A stretch of DNA of 64,000 nucleotides from Eledone cirrhosa (taxonomy: Eukaryota), in NCBI GenBank assembly GCA_964016885.1, contig OZ024743.1:345588001-345652000 (forward strand), in the 5' to 3' direction. Below are positions 59,405-64,000 of this stretch, in pieces. The number at the start of each line of letters is the position of its first letter. Position 1 is the stretch's first letter. Made by a program: the position numbers and the translations under genes. The notes beneath the pieces were generated by a model. That model made no database searches, was not told the DNA's origin, and saw nothing but the letters and a program-made list of their open reading frames with translations.

Positions 59405-59900
59405 GGCGAAACTCACATCGCATCCGAATGTAAACACATAGCCCAGACTCACTATAAAGGGTGGAGGCATGATAGCATAGGAAAAGTGATTCACTAGCCT
59501 TTATGCAAACTGAACAAATTGCCTCATTCTGAGAAATTGTATAAGCACAAGCCAGAGTCTGCGATAGAAAACGATCTAGTAAAAGTGCTGTGAAATTTCA
59601 CGATACATACGGACAAAGATTCAGAAGTCGATAGACCTTACCTGGTGGTTTTTGACAAGGTAAAATGATATTGCTTGATTATAGATGCAGCTTGCTCTTT
59701 TGACGCAAAAGTGGGCGAAATGGAGGTGGAGAAAATAATCGGTACAAGGATCTAAAGGGGAGACTGAACGGATTTTGGACTGTCATGAAATCAAGGTCGT
59801 CCCCATAGTCATAGGAGCACTAGGTACTATCTTTGAGAGCATTCATGGCTGGTTAAACATGGCTGGTTAAACACTAGCCGAGTCCCCTTTATTGGAACAC
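58550..59900 (+). mobile_element. RLE-type non-LTR retrotransposon relic (R4/Dong-like), 3' part
   Basis: ELDRKSRKLMT..FHKKGEVDRL..GRGLISVEDCV; AAQEQTIR; CNIC..ETHIASEC (CCHC); WRHD; DRP..IID remnants of the restriction-like endonuclease. Many stops and frameshifts. Confidence 0.82.
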
Positions 59901-59914
59901 TCCAGAAGGAAATA

Positions 59915-60860
59915 ATTAAATTGACGCCAGTACATGATTGATACTTTATTTTACAGATCCTGGGTGAATGAAATGCAAAGTTGACCTCACCAGGATTTGA
60001 TAGTAGGACGTAAGGAGCCGGAAACATTCTATCCAATGTTCCAAAGAGATGCTAAATGATAATTATTTCTAACTTAGGCACAAGCCCAGCTTTTTTGTCT
60101 CTGTTGAAAGTCGATTACATCGATCCCTGTATTTGAGCAATAATTTATTTTATCGTCCCGTAAGGATGAAAGAAGAATTGCCAGCGAGTTGTGAAGTCAG
60201 AACGTACATTGGTATAACTAAATGTTTCAAAGCCTTCTGTTCGACGCCATAACATTTCTACCAATACAACCAAATAATAAAGGTTTCTGATATAGGCCAA
60301 CAATTTTGGAGGGAGAGTGAAGGGGAGAATCAATGAAAACGCCCCCAGTACATTACAAGTAATGCATCCTTAAGGATGAAAGGTAAAATTAACCTCGGCA
60401 GAATTTAAAATCAGAAATAAAGGGCCATAAATATATGCCTGGAAGCCACATAATAGTGATATGAAAAAATTGTTTTAGGAAAGCCAGTACTATGAATATG
60501 AGAAAAAATAGCATGAAAACAGGAGTAAATATGACAAAACAATGCAGTTTACATGTGTACCATATATTTCAAGATATTTCGCTGACATAATCCCTTTTTC
60601 AAAAGAAAATAGAATGTGGTTGTGGTGACGAGTTGGAATAGTTCGCAAGAAATAACAATAAAAATAATAATAATTGTTTCTACTTTTGGTATAAGGCTAG
60701 CAATTACTCCAGTGTATTTACTGGTACTTTATTCTATCGACCCCGTAAGGATGAAAGGCAAAGTCAACCTCGGCGAGATTTGAACTTAGATCATAAAGCA
60801 CCGTAACTCTATGCTGCAAAGCATGGCGTCCGACCCTCTGCCGATACTGCCATTTCACTA
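59915..60860 (-). mobile_element. SINE family A: three degenerate copies and one well-preserved copy (60672-60860)
   Basis: Recurrent GGATGAAAGGCAAAG..AACCTCGGC core. Confidence 0.8.
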
Positions 60861-60861
60861 A

Positions 60862-60910
<49 letters not shown>

Positions 60911-61260
60911 CACAAACAACAGGAGCAGAAAAGAAAGACACAAATAATGGAGATATCTATAAGAAAATAAATAGAATCATTATATGGAAAGTATAATGTT
61001 GTTGACACTTTGGAAACATTTCAATAAGGGTGCAATAGTAGTGTGAGTGAGTTTATCGATAGATGCTATCGGATATACTTGATAATTGGTGCTGCCAGTG
61101 TATTATATGTATTATATATACTTATATTTTATACATATGTTGGTGTTGGCAGGGAAATATATATATGTTACGCACATTTCCGAATCCAACACCAGTGGTG
61201 GTGATGGGAAGGAGACATGATTTAAATAGTATATAAACAAATTTATATACAGATGATTAG

Positions 61261-61313
<53 letters not shown>

Positions 61314-61443
61314 CTGTGTATATGTATATGTATATATATATATATAAGAGCGTGAACCTAATAAACCTTTATTTGTCTGCCTCTGTGTTTTTGTTCCCGT
61401 TCAACTTTTCATATATATATATATGCATATATGTATATATATT

Positions 61444-61619
<176 letters not shown>

Positions 61620-61685
61620 CTTACATTTAAGTAACTGCCGTACTAAGAGTGAGAAATGAAATTTCGTTTCATTCTATTCCATTTA

Positions 61686-61742
<57 letters not shown>

Positions 61743-61972
61743 GTATGTATGTATGTATGTGTGTGAGTATTATATATACACTCGTGACCGTACATATAGT
61801 TTGATATCTAATACATAATTAATTATTTGCTAAAATAGACAAAAACCTAGCTATGGAACTGAAAGCTTCGAGACAAATATATTGTTTTATATATGTATGT
61901 GTGTGTGGGAATGTATATATGTATTTACAGAATAAGAGAGAAAGAGAGAAAGAGAAAATTATAAGGAAATAT

Positions 61973-62062
<90 letters not shown>

Positions 62063-62202
62063 CGTATTCGCCTCATTCGGGAAACCTCTGGTAATGAGGT
62101 AATAATATTGTATTGATTTTATACATTAAATTTTGCTCTGATACTGACATAGAGCACTCTTTATTTCTATGACCTTTTCTGTTTCTAACTGAAATTTCAA
62201 TA

Positions 62203-62241
<39 letters not shown>

Positions 62242-62281
62242 CATACACACACACATATATGCAGAAATAGAGAGAGAGAGA

Positions 62282-62371
<90 letters not shown>

Positions 62372-62495
62372 GTAGAAGAGTGAGATATGTATATTTAAAT
62401 TTATGCTTGTATATGGTCAACTGCACACGCATTTATGTATATTCAACCATTGCTAACGGTATGTTTGTAAGCATTTGTTTGTATGTATACATATA

Positions 62496-62607
<112 letters not shown>

Positions 62608-63156
62608 CACATATATACACACATACGAATACATATGTATGTGAGTGTTTGTGCGTGTTCTTACCAAAAGCACTTAGGGATAATGCCAGATAATGTGTGA
62701 GGATGGATCCAAACTCTTTGATCTCGGTTTATCCATAATGCGAAAGAAGATTGTTTTAGGGTAAGCTAAGTGGGCTAGTAATGAGACTACCAATGTTGTT
62801 ACTGTACATGTGTATAAGTTTCTCTGTGTCTGTGGGTGGGCGCCTCTGTCTATGGCTGTGTGTATGCATTCGTTTATCATAAGGCTGTAAACTTATATGT
62901 ATATATGCGTGTATATATATATATGTACATATATGTGTGTATGTGTGTGTTTTGCATGTTTAGGCATTTATATGTGTGTGTGTATGTGTTGGAGCAAGTA
63001 TAAATCTCTCGATCAAATAAGAGGTGAAAAAATCTGCGTAATAAATAATAAATAAATTGTATTGGATAAAATAGATATATTATATTTACTGTCTTGTTTG
63101 TTTAAATACATATAGAACATCAGCGTGTGCCGGTGTGCGTTTTTATATGCATATAT

Positions 63157-63240
<84 letters not shown>

Positions 63241-63246
63241 CTATGT

Positions 63247-63286
<40 letters not shown>

Positions 63287-64000
63287 TATGTCTGTGTGTG
63301 TGTATAAACCACTACAATCTGCTGTAATTATGAATTCATTGATGTTTACTGCATAATATAACCACGTTGAAAGGTGGTGTGTGGGATTTACTATAGTAAA
63401 TGTTATGTGTGGCATTTGTTCAATTTTCTGTGAAGATTATGCCATTTAAAGTGCCAGTGCGCTTAGAGACATAAAATATGCTAGCGGACAAGCTTCCGCT
63501 TGGTCGCTCTATCTACTAGAAATAGCAGATCAATCTACCTATCTATTTTATTAAAAAGAGAAAAGACAGATCATATTACCATTTCCAGTGTCTCCAAGAT
63601 TGGGATGAGCAATATAATTAGTTAGTCAATGACTCGAGACAACGAAAACCGATGTTAAGGAACCCTAAGACACAGTTAATAGTTTAAAAAACGGTTGACA
63701 GATTAAAAGTACCGCCTAAAGAGAAGAACGGTCTCTGTCTACCAAATCTTCCATACAATTCGACCCGAAGCAATGATGTAATATATTTTCACACGAAGTC
63801 GAACAAAGGGATCGAAACACAAACCAGGTAACGGTGAATCGAACATTTCAATAACGCAGCCACGACTGCGTCCATAAACCTTAAGAAAGAAGAGGCCCAG
63901 TTCATGTTGGGCCTCTTCTTTCTTAAAGAAGAGGCTAAACAATAACAAAAGTTTGTAAACAAGCCAACATTTCCTATCCTACTTCATTTTAAATTTCTTC

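Overview
AT-rich, repeat-saturated eukaryotic DNA, probably intronic or intergenic. I found no host protein-coding exon. The (TA)n/(TATG)n/(CA)n microsatellite load and the tRNA-derived SINE family resemble octopus/coleoid cephalopod genomes (inference from recalled repeat families, not a search). Contents: the 3' part of a young-looking L1/Tx1 LINE, an ORF1-only L1/Tx1 derivative interrupted by a hAT MITE, a degraded L1/Tx1 copy, an RLE-type (R4/Dong-like) LINE relic, an internally deleted mariner, a non-autonomous Helitron, about 25 SINE copies and a 3.6-kb 47/48-bp minisatellite. The most striking pattern is a set of Penelope-like element (PLE) remnants: GIY-YIG relics, minimal hammerhead-ribozyme motifs, and at least seven fold-back (palindromic) inserts sitting in (TA)n tracts, each with an unpaired tail on one side. 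Almost all ORFs in the supplied track are microsatellite artefacts. Coordinates were read by eye and may be off by a few bases.
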